A stretch of DNA of 64,000 nt from Nemertoderma westbladi (taxonomy: Eukaryota; Animalia; Xenacoelomorpha): NCBI GenBank assembly GCA_032718475.1, contig JAUCBJ010005043.1, forward strand, positions 74,329-138,328. The letters are read 5' to 3'. This document shows, in pieces, positions 25,631-38,480 of the stretch. A program made the position numbers and the translations under genes. Position 1 is the first letter of the stretch, and the number at the start of each line of letters is the position of its first letter. The notes beneath the pieces are model-generated. The model was not told the DNA's origin and did no database searches. It was given only the letters and a program-made list of their open reading frames with translations.

Positions 25631-28600
25631 TTGATAGAAGATAATCTTGGTATCAGGGAGCGATATACCCTACCGTTGCAAGCGTTTGTTGATAGCCTAA
25701 TACGCGGCGACGCTAGTCCCACTACTACGGAGGACGATGGCCGTTATATCGAACTGCCAATGCCCAAGGAACAACTCACGCGTGAATTGGACTATAGAAA
25801 ATTCACCGCTCGCTACACGCATCGTAATGGTACGTATATGGACTTCTTAACCACTGGCCATCCTATCGATTTACACGATACGGACGATGTAGACACTGAA
25901 AGGGAAATGGTTCTATTTAAATATCATACCCAGCGGAGTTGGAACGATAACCCGAGAATCGAACATGAGAATTCTATTCGAAACCGACTCGAAAGAGAAG
26001 ACGTTGAAGAGCCGGATAAACGCAGCGACTTCAACGAATATCTGGAATTCTTGAGAGAAACATATCTCAATATTGCCAGCCAACAAAATCTAGAAACTCG
26101 ATATCCTCAAGGTATACATCACGACCCTATGATAGAACTCAAACGGCTCTTTTTCACTATGATGTATCTTACCGCCGATCGACCGCTACCTGTCGTCCCG
26201 GATAGCTTCGAACAGATGGAGGAATATTGTAAAACTGGAGAACGATCACCCGCGTTTCCCCTACAAGACGTGCGTCTTTGATATTATTGCGATGAATGCC
26301 CTAGACCCAACCAGCAAACGGAAAGACATAAACATCCGCGGAGACGTTGCGCTAAACACAGTTTTACTCGCTATACTTACGGGAGTTTCGAGCGAAACTT
26401 GTTCGACGTATCACCTACGCTCGCTCGACTCAAACGATCCTTAAATAAACCCATGATCAGAGTTCCGGAATACTCGGTCAGACCTCCTCACTCCCTAGTG
26501 AGACCTCAAACTCTTGATCCTAATAGTATAACGGATCCTCCTGAACTGTACTCACTGTTCAAAGATCTTGTGTTACCCGAACAATTAATCGGTGGCACTC
26601 CGGTAGTGGGCTCGCTAGATATTCACCCCTCCTACCTAGCCGGATTGGGACGCGGACATCTAATATTGCCGTTGAACCCGTACAATCGTCCCGGTTTAAC
26701 CCCGATACAACCCGTCACCGAAGTCGAGGAGAGCGTTGTACGAAACGCGTTAGACGCTATTCGGCAGAAGATCGGAAAAGGAACTTATGATTGTTTAGAG
26801 AAACGCAAATTGCAGCAACAAGTCCAAGCGGTGAAGGAGTTGGCCTTACCCCAGTTCGATCGAGAAATCCAGAACCTCGAGGAAGACATCGAACTTGGAC
26901 GAACCTATTCTCTACAAGAGTTCTTAGACGAACGCTTACAACGACAAGCGGAGGAAAATCAGCTCGAGGAGAAACACATCGAAATGGATGAGAGAGAAGA
27001 AGCAGCATTAGCCCAACCAGAAGCTCAAATCCTTATGACTGATCTCTACTCCAAAACCATCATTCATCCCTCGATGGTTCCCCATTTCGGAGACAAACTC
27101 TTCGCAACGGTACAACCCCAACCAGTTGATATCAACCTAAGATCTCGAGATCTTATCGCTGACGCTCCTATGTTACAGCATCCGCCAATCGAGGCCGCTC
27201 GTGTCGACGGTATACTCGTTGATCCTCCGGACAATCGAGCGGATCTTGTCCGTCGTATGGTATATGAGGTCAACATACGCGCTAGACCTTTACCGAACTC
27301 GTTTTATGGGATCAAGATCACCCTTATTATGTTAATCTAACTCAATATTATATGGTAAAACCGGAAGATCCTACACATAGTCTAGGGTTTCTACCACTAA
27401 TAAATCCTCTCGATCTTGTCGAACTCGAACAACTGCAGAAACATCTGGATCAGTTAGTGAAAGTAAACTCATTCAGAAAACCCTACAATGTTTCCAGAAT
27501 AGAGAAAGATATACTGCCTCCGTATAATCTCGATGGATTTATCAAAACTCGATTAGTCCACTGGAATCTCGACGTATTATTTGAGGAAGAGAGAATACAA
27601 CGATATGGAGATGTAGAGACGTATACTACACAATATCTAAAGTATAGGGATCTACCCAACGCTAGCGAATGCGCCACCTTAAGGCATCCGGTAGGGATGA
27701 CCCTAGAAAACGCCACTAAAGAGTGGAATGAAACTCTTAACATTATCGAAATGTATGGAGTTGTCACTTACGATAACGAAGGTAGCGTTCCGGTTGGAGA
27801 ACTGGGAACTACGTGCATGATACATATACGTGGACTAGCTGGTTCTACCCACGTGTTTACTCGAGCGTGTTCCGACGTGATTGATTATTCTTTTGAGACC
27901 CTCACCAAGATACAAAAGAAACTCCGTCATGGACAATTCGAACTCGCGCAGCGTTACGTCACCGACACCGAGTGCAAACCGGCCATGGGTATCGATGGAT
28001 CGATGTTACCCCAGCCCGTGCTCGAGATGTTGTTTAACGAAAGAATCCTTAAAATCGGCTCAGCTGTTTATGGAGATCTCCAAAACGACTTGAGGAACAT
28101 GGAGAATATCCCATATCCTTTCGTGGATACTCAGCTGATTGCTCCCTGCCCAGAAGGCCGAGGTTTCTTCCGAACTATGTATGCCAATACACCCAGCGGC
28201 ATCAATAAAGTACAACGAACCTCCATCGGACATCTTGCCTTTCAAGAATACGGATGGAATTTCAAAGTCGGTAACCCTATCAACTATCAACAAGTATATG
28301 GAGATCATTATTCTCGATTATACTTCGACGGACCATTGACCGCATCTGGCGTCGTGTATAGCTTCATGAGTGTTCCACTTCGTCCCTCATTAGCTATATA
28401 CACTATCTTCGAGAACGCTGCACTTGCCGGTTGGCTAGCCGATGTGTGCAGTCGTACTATACGCGCCCATCCCTTAATACTTGGAACCAAACTCGCCAAG
28501 CTAGATGAACACAATAAATTCATCCGCTTCGAATGCTTTAGGCGCTTTCTGACTCCGTTCCGTAACGTTGATAGTCAGTTCAAGGACCGTGCTCTGACCA

Positions 28601-29862
28601 AGCTCAGCCTAAGAGACTCAGCTGCTGAGAAGTTAGACAGCGCTGGATTCGCCATTTTCAAGGACGTTTGTATACAGAACTTACATTCCTCTGTTATACA
28701 AAGACCTCGAATCCCCACGGGTTATTCTATCGTGGAAGTTCAGACAGTGGGTTCGCTTGAGGAGACAGCCACACCTACCTCAGCTATGCAATTGGAAGAC
28801 GAACCAATATGCTTAGAATCCGAGGAGATTCAGCCCACAGCGCCCCGGAGCAGTGACAACGACTACGTCCTGGAATGGTATCAGGGTCCACAATGTCTCA
28901 CCGTGTACGATTATCGGCATGCCAATTATGTCTCTAGGAAACGTTGCCGATTATGTGCATCTTGAGACCATTTCACCCCTGTGGACTCCAACGTACCATG
29001 CTCCTACTTCCATAAACAGCCTACGATGGAGATCTATTGTGTGTATTGTAGACTCAATAACTTGCACATTTTCGCAGTCTGCCCCCAATTTATGACTCAA
29101 TGCCATCATTGTCAGTTTAAAGGACATGCAAGTTTTGATTGCCCTTTCAACAGCGATCTGGAAAGCGTAGATGAAATGATTACCCTACGCTACATTCGAG
29201 CCTGGGAAGCGAACGCGGATTTACATTATGAGTCACGTCATCGCTATTACCCTGGACGTGCCTACGAAGGAGTTTATGTGTTCCACCCGTTCCACCCACA
29301 AAAATCTCGCACACCGAGTTACGAACTAATGAAGCGTGTTGGCGAGAATATTTCGACCAAATTTGTTCGTAAATATCTCAGGAACATTAATCCCAACGAT
29401 CTTAATTCCTATAACTTGATAAACTTCATTCGTCAAAATCCGGAATATGGTGACTTGTTCATCAACTCGCATCCAGAACTACAGGAAGTTCATAGACGAC
29501 CCTATGAATATAGAGCCCGAGAACGCGAGTTAGAAAGAACCATCAAACCGAGGAAATTTCTCACTACTCACGGTCCACCTACCGCTCTCGTGCAGACGAC
29601 TCGTCAGGGACCAGTAAGAGCTGCTGTCCTGAAACGCGCTCTGAAGGTTGTTCGACCTCGTTCCACTGAGGTTGATATCGATCAACCGGGTACCTCGACC
29701 GGCGGATACACCGACCGTAATCCTAAACCTTCCGATGCAATTGTATTGCACCCCTCACCTAGGAGTTATAGCCCTCCTAGTAAAGTGGCTCGCCCCAAAG
29801 AGAAAAGGACTCTTGCTAGCCTCAAAAAACTGTGTAAATGCCGTTCACGTAAGAAAGACTAA
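25631..29862 (+). pseudogene. Accessory ORF3 (~1400 codons) with DEDDy 3'-5' exonuclease domain and C-terminal zinc knuckles
   Basis: Four ORF pieces join via TGA at 26279, a 1-nt frameshift near 27300 and TGA at 28963. ExoI VVTYDNEG (D/E at 27772-27780), ExoII LFNERILKIGSAVYGD, FVDTQLIA, SIGHLA, ExoIII-like PLRPSLAIYTIFE; knuckles CVYCRLNNLHIFAVC and CHHCQFKGHASFDC. Confidence 0.75.
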
Positions 29863-29930
29863 CTGTTTAGAGTATTTTTATATTTTAGAAACTGTGATTT
29901 TTTATATTTTATAGAATTAAATCCCATTTT

Positions 29931-29940
29931 CTGGGAGCGG
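29931..29940 (+). other. Polypurine tract
   Basis: CTGGGAGCGG immediately before 3' LTR TG; identical at 63431-63440. Confidence 0.8.
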
Positions 29941-31108
29941 TGTAAAAGCTTTTGCGGATATAACAAGTCATTTTTCTCCGCAATGACTGTGTAGTTGTTT
30001 TAGCGGACATAACAAGCCATTTTTTCCGCCATGTACCTTGTAGGTGTTTTAGCGGACATAACAAGCCATTTTCTGCCGCAATACGCCTAATACTCTAAAA
30101 GACTGGAACTCCGATGACGAAATCTGTCAGCTGATTTACTGTACACATGGAGCCTCTCTTTGTTCAGGCTCGGCCAATCAGAGCGATTTTCATTTTATCT
30201 TGTACAGAGGCCTACGGAAAACCGCGCAATGCATTACGGTTTTTGTTTACCTTTTCTGAGCCTCAGAACATCGGCTTTGGAATTATTCTGTTTTTCGGTA
30301 GAAGTTTCAGACTTTGACCAACATTAGACGGCTTTGATTATAAGAACGTAAATCTATTATCTGACTGCACTGTGCAACAAACCTGAACAAACTGATGAAA
30401 CTGCACTCACTCAATCCTATTCACCGCATTATTTTACTTCTGTTTACTGTCTGTTATTAATTGTTATATGTTGATGGATATGTTGTTATATTTGGAGAAT
30501 ACCAATAAATAATCATAAAACCCCAATCTTCTTGATTACTGAAGGTAAGAGGGACCGGTTACCGGTAGCAATTGCGACTTACATTATAGTGGTTTTAGTG
30601 TGAATTAAATGCTATTTCATAATCCCTACATGTGTTAGTTGCTATCCTCCTTATATATGGTCAAATTCAGTGACGGTCGACAGATCAGTGCGCAGCAGTG
30701 TGAAGTCGTATGCAGCAGTGTGACAGATAATAAAGCATCTCCTAAAGAATGCGCTATTTACGAAAATCAGTAGCCATCTCGTTGTGTTTAGTATAAGTCA
30801 TAACTCTGTTTTATACTTAAAGCACCACGTCCTAAAGGAACTGTTAATATTTCCCCGAAAGTGAATAATATTGTCAGAGATTATATAGTAACGATCAATC
30901 GAATAATACAGTAGGTCTGCAACGCAATAACTTCAAAGCACCCGAATCCAGTCTCCCTTAACTGTGGGTGAATGATCGCGCATAGACTGGCTTCGGATAA
31001 TGTTACTTCATGTGCATTAAATAATTGTTATAGGCTAAAGTCGATTTATAAACAAGAGGACACCTAAAATTGGCAGGTTAAACTGCTAAAGGTCTGAAAG
31101 CGCGAACA
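29941..31108 (+). repeat. 3' LTR (1168 bp)
   Basis: Direct repeat of 15282-16476, followed by TSD AACTC. Confidence 0.97.
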
Positions 31109-32229
31109 AACTCCACTCTACTCTATCTTACTCTCGGACCTCTCTGTCCCTTACTCTCCCTCTTACTCGCCCCCCACATTTGAATTGCACTCGTCTACAT
31201 TCTGTGCACCAACACCTTCTCTCCATACTTTCCTCATACTCCTCTCATTTTGCCCTCACTCTCCACACCTGTGGTCCCATCAAGTGCCCCTCCTACTCAT
31301 ATCCCGGTAGTGCCCATCTGGACGATTCTTATCCCGCAGGATACGAGCTTTCACAATAAATCCTGAACTCCGCCCTGTTGTTTAATGACCACACACTTAT
31401 CCGGTCCCACACATGTGTGCACCATGTTAGTGGGATCCGTCTAAGTCTCGTCCTGCTATTCTAGTCAATTAGTCCCCAGTCCCAGTAGCTAATTGGAAAA
31501 AGGTTGTATTTGACTACAGTATATATTATATAATATATACGAATTATATATAACAATTAATTATTATACAATTATACATTATATATATATATATTATATT
31601 ATATGCTCGTCTACATGACGCGCCTTAACCCCCCCGCTCGGAGGTGATATGACTCGTCACTCCCGGTCTCGCCCGTTTCATTCTCTCTCCGCCTTTCTCG
31701 TCTGGCGACTTCTTCCAGTCGCTTCTCCTCAAGTCTATCCGCTTCCAACTTCTCCCACCTCTGATATGGTGTATCCACCTCCCTGTCTACTAGATGCCGG
31801 CTGTTGTATTACACCGACTTGCCCTTCAGCCCCGGGTGGTCTACCAGACCTTCGAAGGCCACCTTGAAGGCTCTTCTGTAGTTCGGGGGTGATCCTGATA
31901 TTCTTAATTTTATTTTATTCTACCCATGTTCCCCCTGTCTGCGCTATTATCCTATCTACCTTTCTACGTGTCACCCTTAGTGCCCGCAACTTCCATGGTA
32001 CTATGTGCCCTACTAATATGTGTACCCAGTACCCTGCTATGTACCCCTCTCTTACTACGTGGCGCTTTCAGTGCCCACAACCCCTCTGCTACTACTTCTA
32101 CGGTATATTGTGCTCTCTACTCTCTTACTGCTAACTCTACTAACTCTCCAACTCTACTAACTCTCTATCTCTACTAACTCTCCAAATCTACTAACTCTCC
32201 AACTCTCTAACTCTTACTAACTCTTACTA

Positions 32230-32758
32230 ACGGTACTATGTACCCTCTTAGTCTTACTCCCTAACTCTAACTTTACTAATGGTACTACGTACCCTCTTAC
32301 TCTGTAACTCTAACCCCACTAACGGTACCACGTACCCTCTTACTCTCTTACTCTAACCCCACTAACGGTACTACGTACCCTCTTACTCTCTAACTCTAAC
32401 CCCACTAACGGTACTACGTACCCTCTTACTAACTAACTCTAACCCCACTAACGGTACTACGTACCCCCTTACTCTCTATCTCTAACCCCACTAACGGTAC
32501 TACGTACCCTCTTACTCTCTAACTCTAACCCCACTAACGGTACTACGTACCCTCTTACTCTCTAACTCTAACCCCACTAATGGTACTACGTACCCTCTTA
32601 CTCTCTATCTCTAACCCCACTAACGGTACTACGTACCCTCTTACTCTCTAACTCTAACTCCACTAACGGTACTACGTACCCTCTTACTCTAACCCCACTA
32701 ACGGTACTACGTACCCTCTTACTCTTTATCTCTAACTCCACTAACGGTACTACGTACA
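32230..32758. repeat. 43-bp minisatellite (ACTAACGGTACTACGTACCCTCTTACTCTCTAACTCTAACCCC), preceded by CTAACT-rich simple repeats from ~32130
   Basis: Visible tandem periodicity, ~12 copies. Confidence 0.9.
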
Positions 32759-32779
32759 GTAGGTACGTAGTACCATTAA

Positions 32780-33377
32780 TGTAGGGGTGAAGTAATCATA
32801 CATATATTATCCCGAGCCAATCAATCGTTACTAATGCTTCCCTTCTGCTTACCTCGTAATAATAAAGAAAGTTAGTTGGGATTATCGATTATAAGTACGT
32901 ATTCTCCAAATATAAACATCCATTAAATATGTTACCAAACAACAATGAATAACAGTATAAACAGCATAAATTACGCGGTGCCGGCGGTTAATCAACAGTC
33001 AGATGTTAGCAGACTGCTCAAAAGTCACTGAATGCAGTGAGTGCAGGTCATTTACTTTGAGCTCTACTATAACTCTCGCCACTGATGGCATTCGGGCAGA
33101 AGTCAGAATGAACGATTTTGTCGCATTGCGGCATATTCGTACGTAAACAAGATCTCAGGAATTCGCAAAGTGAAAATTGTGCTGATTGGCCGTTCAAATA
33201 GCATAGGAGCTACGGAACAAAGAAAATATTGACCAATTGCTGGTGATTTCATCACTAGAGCTCTATACCAAAAATAAACGCCACAGGGCGCAAGTGAACT
33301 TTCTTGAGACATTGCTGCCTTTAGAGTAGTTCGCATATTGCACAAAAAAGACACGTTGCCGCAAAAGATTTTAACCA
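32780..33377 (-). mobile_element. Partial LTR of a diverged relative of the BEL element
   Basis: Reverse complement aligns with 63441-64000 (TTTTGC..TTTTTGTGCAAT..CGAACTACTCTAAA; GCCGGCACCGCGTAATTTAT; TTATATTTGGAGAATAC) and shares ATATTTGGAGAATAC...AGGTAAG with the main LTR. Confidence 0.75.
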
Positions 33378-33571
33378 TTACCAAATCAAATCGCCAGGGC
33401 GATATATTTTCTACTTTATATCGCAGCGCAACTTTATTTATCACTCGCAGCGCAACTTTATTTATCACTATGTCCCTACGTCATACATTTATGATTCAAG
33501 TATGTCACCGCGTCATTATAAATATACAGTGATCACTTACGTCATTAAAATACACACAATAACTACTTCAT

Positions 33572-33637
33572 AAAGAATCGAACCAGCGGCCTTTACATTC
33601 ATAACCCGACGCGTTATCCACTACGCTAATTTGGTAC
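33572..33637 (-). other. tRNA-like/SINE head remnant
   Basis: A-box TAGCGTAGTGG and B-box GGTTCGATTC at tRNA-like spacing; no intact acceptor stem seen. Confidence 0.4.
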
Positions 33638-36000
33638 GAGACGAAAGTGTTTATAATTTACATGTCATGCTTTCCTGTTACAAGGACAAGGTTGTTCTAG
33701 AAAGTTTTAATTATAAATAATTCCCCGCAAATGAATAAAATTAGATTCGCCATTATTTATAATTAGCAATTTACTACTGCAAAACTACTTAGTCCGGTAG
33801 CCAGCGGTTACCCTATAATGCTAAGAGAACATGAAATCCTCGTTTTTTAGTTAGTCGGCTGTGGTTGTCGGCTGTTGATTGTCGGCGTTACGTTTACACC
33901 CTTTGTAGTCAGGTAACAACGGGCTACAATTTAGTTAGAAATAAAGGCAACGGGACATGTCATGCATGGTCGCTTAGGTTGAGAATTAAATGGATGGGAC
34001 AGTGTGTGAGTACCTACTTAGTTCCAGTAAATACTGATACAAAATTTAATTAATCAAAGGGCTGCCTCTATAGACAGCGGATATTAAGAAATATCAAACG
34101 GTTATCAGCCTGTACCTGTACGCCTTGTAATACTCAATATACAATGCATTATTTAGTATTCCATGGCTTCTAGCATTTTGCTATAATACTTTGAAGCATG
34201 ATGGTTCGTGTTGTTACGTTATACGACATCAACGTGGTTTGACTTTATAACTAAACGATAACAAAAAGTCTTGACAGGGAGTGTTGTGTTGTACAGTATG
34301 ATAATAAGAATAACATATATGATATACATCGCTTCATGTATAATGTATATCGTATGTGAGGTTGACTAAACGTCATCGGAAAAGCCAACACGATACTAAT
34401 GTATGCAGAATGCAGTGGCATCGGATTAGCTGTCTGCAAAGCAGGACGCCAGGTTATTCAGTCTCCAGTGTCTATTTTAATATTTCGCATTAAGAAATTA
34501 AAAAAGTAGTGTAGGCCAACCAAAGTAGTTATGCCGAATTCTATATACTTTGATTCTATATCGCATCCCGTTAATCATAAAAGGTATCGAAATTCAACAT
34601 GTCAATGTAATCTGTTGTAATTAATATTAATATTACTTAAGGGACAGATTTAAACTAAGAAACACCAGTGAAACAGTAAAACACTAGGGAAATATAGGGA
34701 ACACAAGGCAAGGGAAATATAGGGAAAAGACTAATAAAGTAATAAAACACCTGGAAAATATGTATTGATAAACCGGATAATTAACCTACGTAACTACTCT
34801 AAATCTGTAATCCTAAATGTATTCCTCACTCAGTCAGTGTTTTACCGCTATTGATGTATATTAGTGTATTGTTAGGGTAGGACTATCTTCTCGTGTTTAA
34901 GCACCATAAGTTACAAGAGTGCCGGTTAGGGTGTACTGAGAAGTGACGTACACAGGCATCGGAGTGATATTTTTTCGGACTGTGGTTATACTATTTAGGG
35001 GGTGTAATAATTCACAAATTGATTAATTTCTACTCTTATAATAGGGGTGAATATTGCAGGAAGGGCGCAAAGGATGAACACTCCGTAAATATACATTTTA
35101 CTTTACTCCCCCGGCAGAAGTCAGGTCTCCCATATTACCGGGTACTAATGATTGGCTGAAAGTGGATGCGACTTTAATTGCACAACTTTTCTGTATTTTT
35201 ATCCACCCCCAAAGATGATCTATCTATTTAATAAAAGGATTGGATGTTTGCTATTAATTATCAAACAGACCTCTTATATTGTATTCAAATAAATCATGAA
35301 ATCATCAGGGGGAGATTTAATACAACTAATTTGTTTTAGCCAATCGAGAGGGGGGGGGGGGATCATAAATTCATATATGCATTAATATCATCCTTTAAAA
35401 TAGGAGGAGAAATAAGGACCATTATTCGATAAAAAAAATGTAAGGGGAAACCACTGCTTTTTTCCACACATAAATATATAAATTATAATTTAAAACATTG
35501 CCTTTCATTATTATTTTCTTCTCTCACAGACGTATGGTACTATGACAATCACAAAAGGTTACACGGGCGACTAAATATTGTGGAGTAACTAACTTCAACA
35601 TACTGTATGCCAAATCAATGTTTGGTTGCTGGTTCGAATCCCTGAAGATGGACCGCGAAAACAGATCCTAAGGGAACCTCTTAAAACACATTACTTATTA
35701 TCCTTATTATAATCCCAGGTGCATGACCTCACTTGTTAATTACCGGCTGCAGGCGACCATAAATGGGCACAAATAGACACCGTCAATATTCAATAATAAC
35801 TATTTAGGACACGGAAAACAATGGGATTTCTTACCGATGACCGCGAGATGTATAATTTGCCGAGTGAGGCTAATTACACATCAAGCAGTTGTAAGCAAAA
35901 CTTTGTTTTAAATAAAATACGTAATTCTTTTTCTACAAAATTGCCTTTGCTCCTCACTTTTTTCCCTTTGTTATTCCCCTGGCTCGCGTGTAAGGTAATA

Positions 36001-36422
36001 TTATATTGAGTGGTGGAACATTGTATATTGACTAATGTTAATTAAACGAGTTAATTAAGCTCGACGTCATTGTTTGATATACAAAGTTCCATTACATCTG
36101 TTTTACATTTGTTTGAACTTCTGTGCATTCATTACATTACATATTATCTCGTGTAACTAGAAAAGGGTATAAAATTAGAAAAGGATATATAATTAGAAAA
36201 GGATATATAATTAGAAAAGGATATATAATTAAAAAATGATATATATAATTATATATCCTTTTCTAGTTACACGAGATAATATGTAATGTAATGAATGCAC
36301 AGAAGTTCAAACAAATGTAAAACAGATATAATGGAACTTTGTATATCAAACAATGACGTCGAGCTTAATTAACTCGTTTAATTAACATTAGTCAATATAC
36401 AATGTTCCACCACTCAATATAA
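36001..36422. repeat. Long near-perfect inverted repeat (foldback/MITE-like), ~165-bp arms with an 18-bp tandem repeat in the spacer
   Basis: TTATATTGAGTGGTGGAAC...CTAGAAAAGG mirrored by CCTTTTCTAG...GTTCCACCACTCAATATAA. Confidence 0.92.
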
Positions 36423-36949
36423 CATGACTTTACATCGCGCTAATAATAGCACCGGGCCGCGACGCCGTGGATTACTTTACAATTCGCTTTCAGGTAAGTT
36501 CACGCTGTCGCCATGAATACGCGGTGTGACCGATAGCACCATTTAAACGAAATATAAGAAACGCAAATAATTACGATTATTGACTTTAGGATTTAGATAT
36601 TAGGTGCAATATAAGTAAATGGTACAAATAAATCAATATATTTCAAGGTAAAGATTAGCAAATTTCAGGAACATCAGTTGCCTTTGTTTCACCTTTCCTA
36701 TCCAATTATTTGTTGGTCCAATCTATTCCTGGCAGTCGGTTATGAAGAGGATAAAAATTGCAACTTTGAGGAATCAGGATAATATTCGCGTCCATTTTGC
36801 GGTTATTTATATACAAGCCTAATGAAGGAGAAATACTTACGCCATGTCAGTGGCAAAAACATGATACCAACCATTATTACTGTAATTAAGTAGGACTATA
36901 ATTAAATACTTAATAAAAAATAGTTGAAATTGTATATAGAAAATTGTTT

Positions 36950-38480
36950 TTGGAGCACTCGGGAAGGGCCATAGTGTTGGTGGAGCACTCGGGAAGGGCC
37001 TTGGTGTTGGTGGAGCACTCGGGAAGGGCCTTAGTGTTGCTGGAGCACTCGGGAAGGGCCTTAGTGTTGGTGGAGCACTCGGGAAGGGCCTTAGTGTTGG
37101 TGGAGCACTCGGGAAGGGCCTTAGTGTTGGTGGAGCACTCGGGAAGGGCCTAGTGTTGGTGGAGCACTCGGGAAGGGCCTTAGTGTTGGTGGAGCACTCG
37201 GGAAGGGCCTTAGTGTTGGTGGAGCACTCGGGAAGGGCCTTAGTGTTGGTGGAGCACTCGGGAAGGGCCTTAGTGTTGGTGGAGCACTCGGGAAGGGCCT
37301 TAGTGTTGGTGGAGCACTCGGGAAGGGCCTTAGTGTTGGCGGAGCACTCGGGAAGGGCCTTAGTGTTGGTGGAGCACTCGGGAAGGGCCTTAGTGTTGGT
37401 GGAGCACTCGGGAAGGGCCTTAGTGTTGACGGAGCACTCGGTAAGGTTCTTAGTGTTGGTGGAGCACTAGGGAAGGAACTTAGTGTTGATGGAGCACTCG
37501 GGAAGGGCCTTAGTGTTGGTGGATCACTCGGGAGGGCTTTCGTGTTGGTGGAGCACTCAGGAAGGGCCTTAGTGTTGGTGGAGCACTCGGGAAGGGCCTT
37601 AGTGTTGGTGGAGCACTCGGGAAGGCCTTAGTGAGGTGGAGCACTCGGGAAGGGCCTTAGTGTTGGTGGAGCACTCGGGAAGGGCCTTAGTGTTGGTGGA
37701 GCACTCGGGAAGGGCCTTAGTGTTGGTGGAGCACTCGGGAAGGGCCTTAGTGTTGGTGGAGCACTCGGGAAGGCCTTAGTGAGGTGGAGCACTCGGGAAG
37801 GGCCTTAGTGTTGGTGGAGCACTCGGGAAGGGCCTTAGTGTTGGTGGAGCACTCGGGAAGGGCCTAGTGTTGGTGGAGCACTCGGGAAGGGCCTTAGTGT
37901 TGGTGGAGCACTCGGGAAGGGCCTTAGTGTTGGTGGAGCACTCGGGAAGGGCCTTAGTGTTGGTGGAGCACTCGGGAAGGGCCTTAGTGTTGGTGGAGCA
38001 CTCGGGAAGGGCCTTAGTGTTGGTGGAGCACTCGGGAAGGGCCTTAGTGTTGGCGGAGCACTCGGGAAGGGCCTTAGTGTTGGTGGAGCACTCGGGAAGG
38101 GCCTTAGTGTTGGTGGAGCACTCGGGAAGGGCCTTAGTGTTGACGGAGCACTCGGTAAGGTTCTTAGTGTTGGTGGAGCACTAGGGAAGGAACTTAGTGT
38201 TGATGGAGCACTCGGGAAGGGCCTTAGTGTTGGTGGATCACTCGGGAGGGCTTTCGTGTTGGTGGAGCACTCAGGAAGGGCCTTAGTGTTGGTGGAGCAC
38301 TCGGGAAGGGCCTTAGTGTTGGTGGAGCACTCGGGAAGGCCTTAGTGAGGTGGAGCACTCGGGAAGGGCCTTAGTGTTGGTGGAGCACTCGGGAAGGGCC
38401 TTAGTGTTGGTGGAGCACTCGGGAAGGGCCTTAGTGTTGGTGGAGCACTCGGGAAGGGCCTTAGTGTTGGTGGAGCACTC
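36950..38480. repeat. 30-bp minisatellite (GGAGCACTCGGGAAGGGCCTTAGTGTTGGT), ~50 copies, with a 714-bp higher-order duplication
   Basis: Tandem periodicity; identical variant pattern offset by 714 bp (37153 vs 37867). Confidence 0.95.

Larger units (their letters stand above)
15282..31108 (+). mobile_element. Full-span BEL/Pao LTR retrotransposon (non-functional copy) with an extra 3' ORF
   Basis: Paired LTRs TGT...ACA, 5-bp TSD AACTC (15277-15281 and 31109-31113), PPT CTGGGAGCGG before 3' LTR, BEL-type gag/protease/RT/integrase-tail motifs. Confidence 0.95.

Noticed and set aside
25631-29862. ORF3 as an envelope gene or as four separate genes
   Set aside because: No signal peptide, TM anchor or fusion-protein pattern; pieces are collinear in frame across simple lesions
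18388-29862. Programmed read-through/recoding or an alternative genetic code to explain the many stops
   Set aside because: Stops are of all three types, accompanied by frameshifts and a mutated RT motif (YMND); the load is compatible with neutral decay given the LTR divergence
31114-32130. C/T-rich flank (continuous with 14670-15281) as a decayed gag-like ORF on the minus strand
   Set aside because: Only a vague HRCGE motif with many stops; cannot be assigned
35575-35770. tRNA gene at GGTTCGAATCC (35631)
   Set aside because: B-box only, no cloverleaf; at most an old SINE remnant
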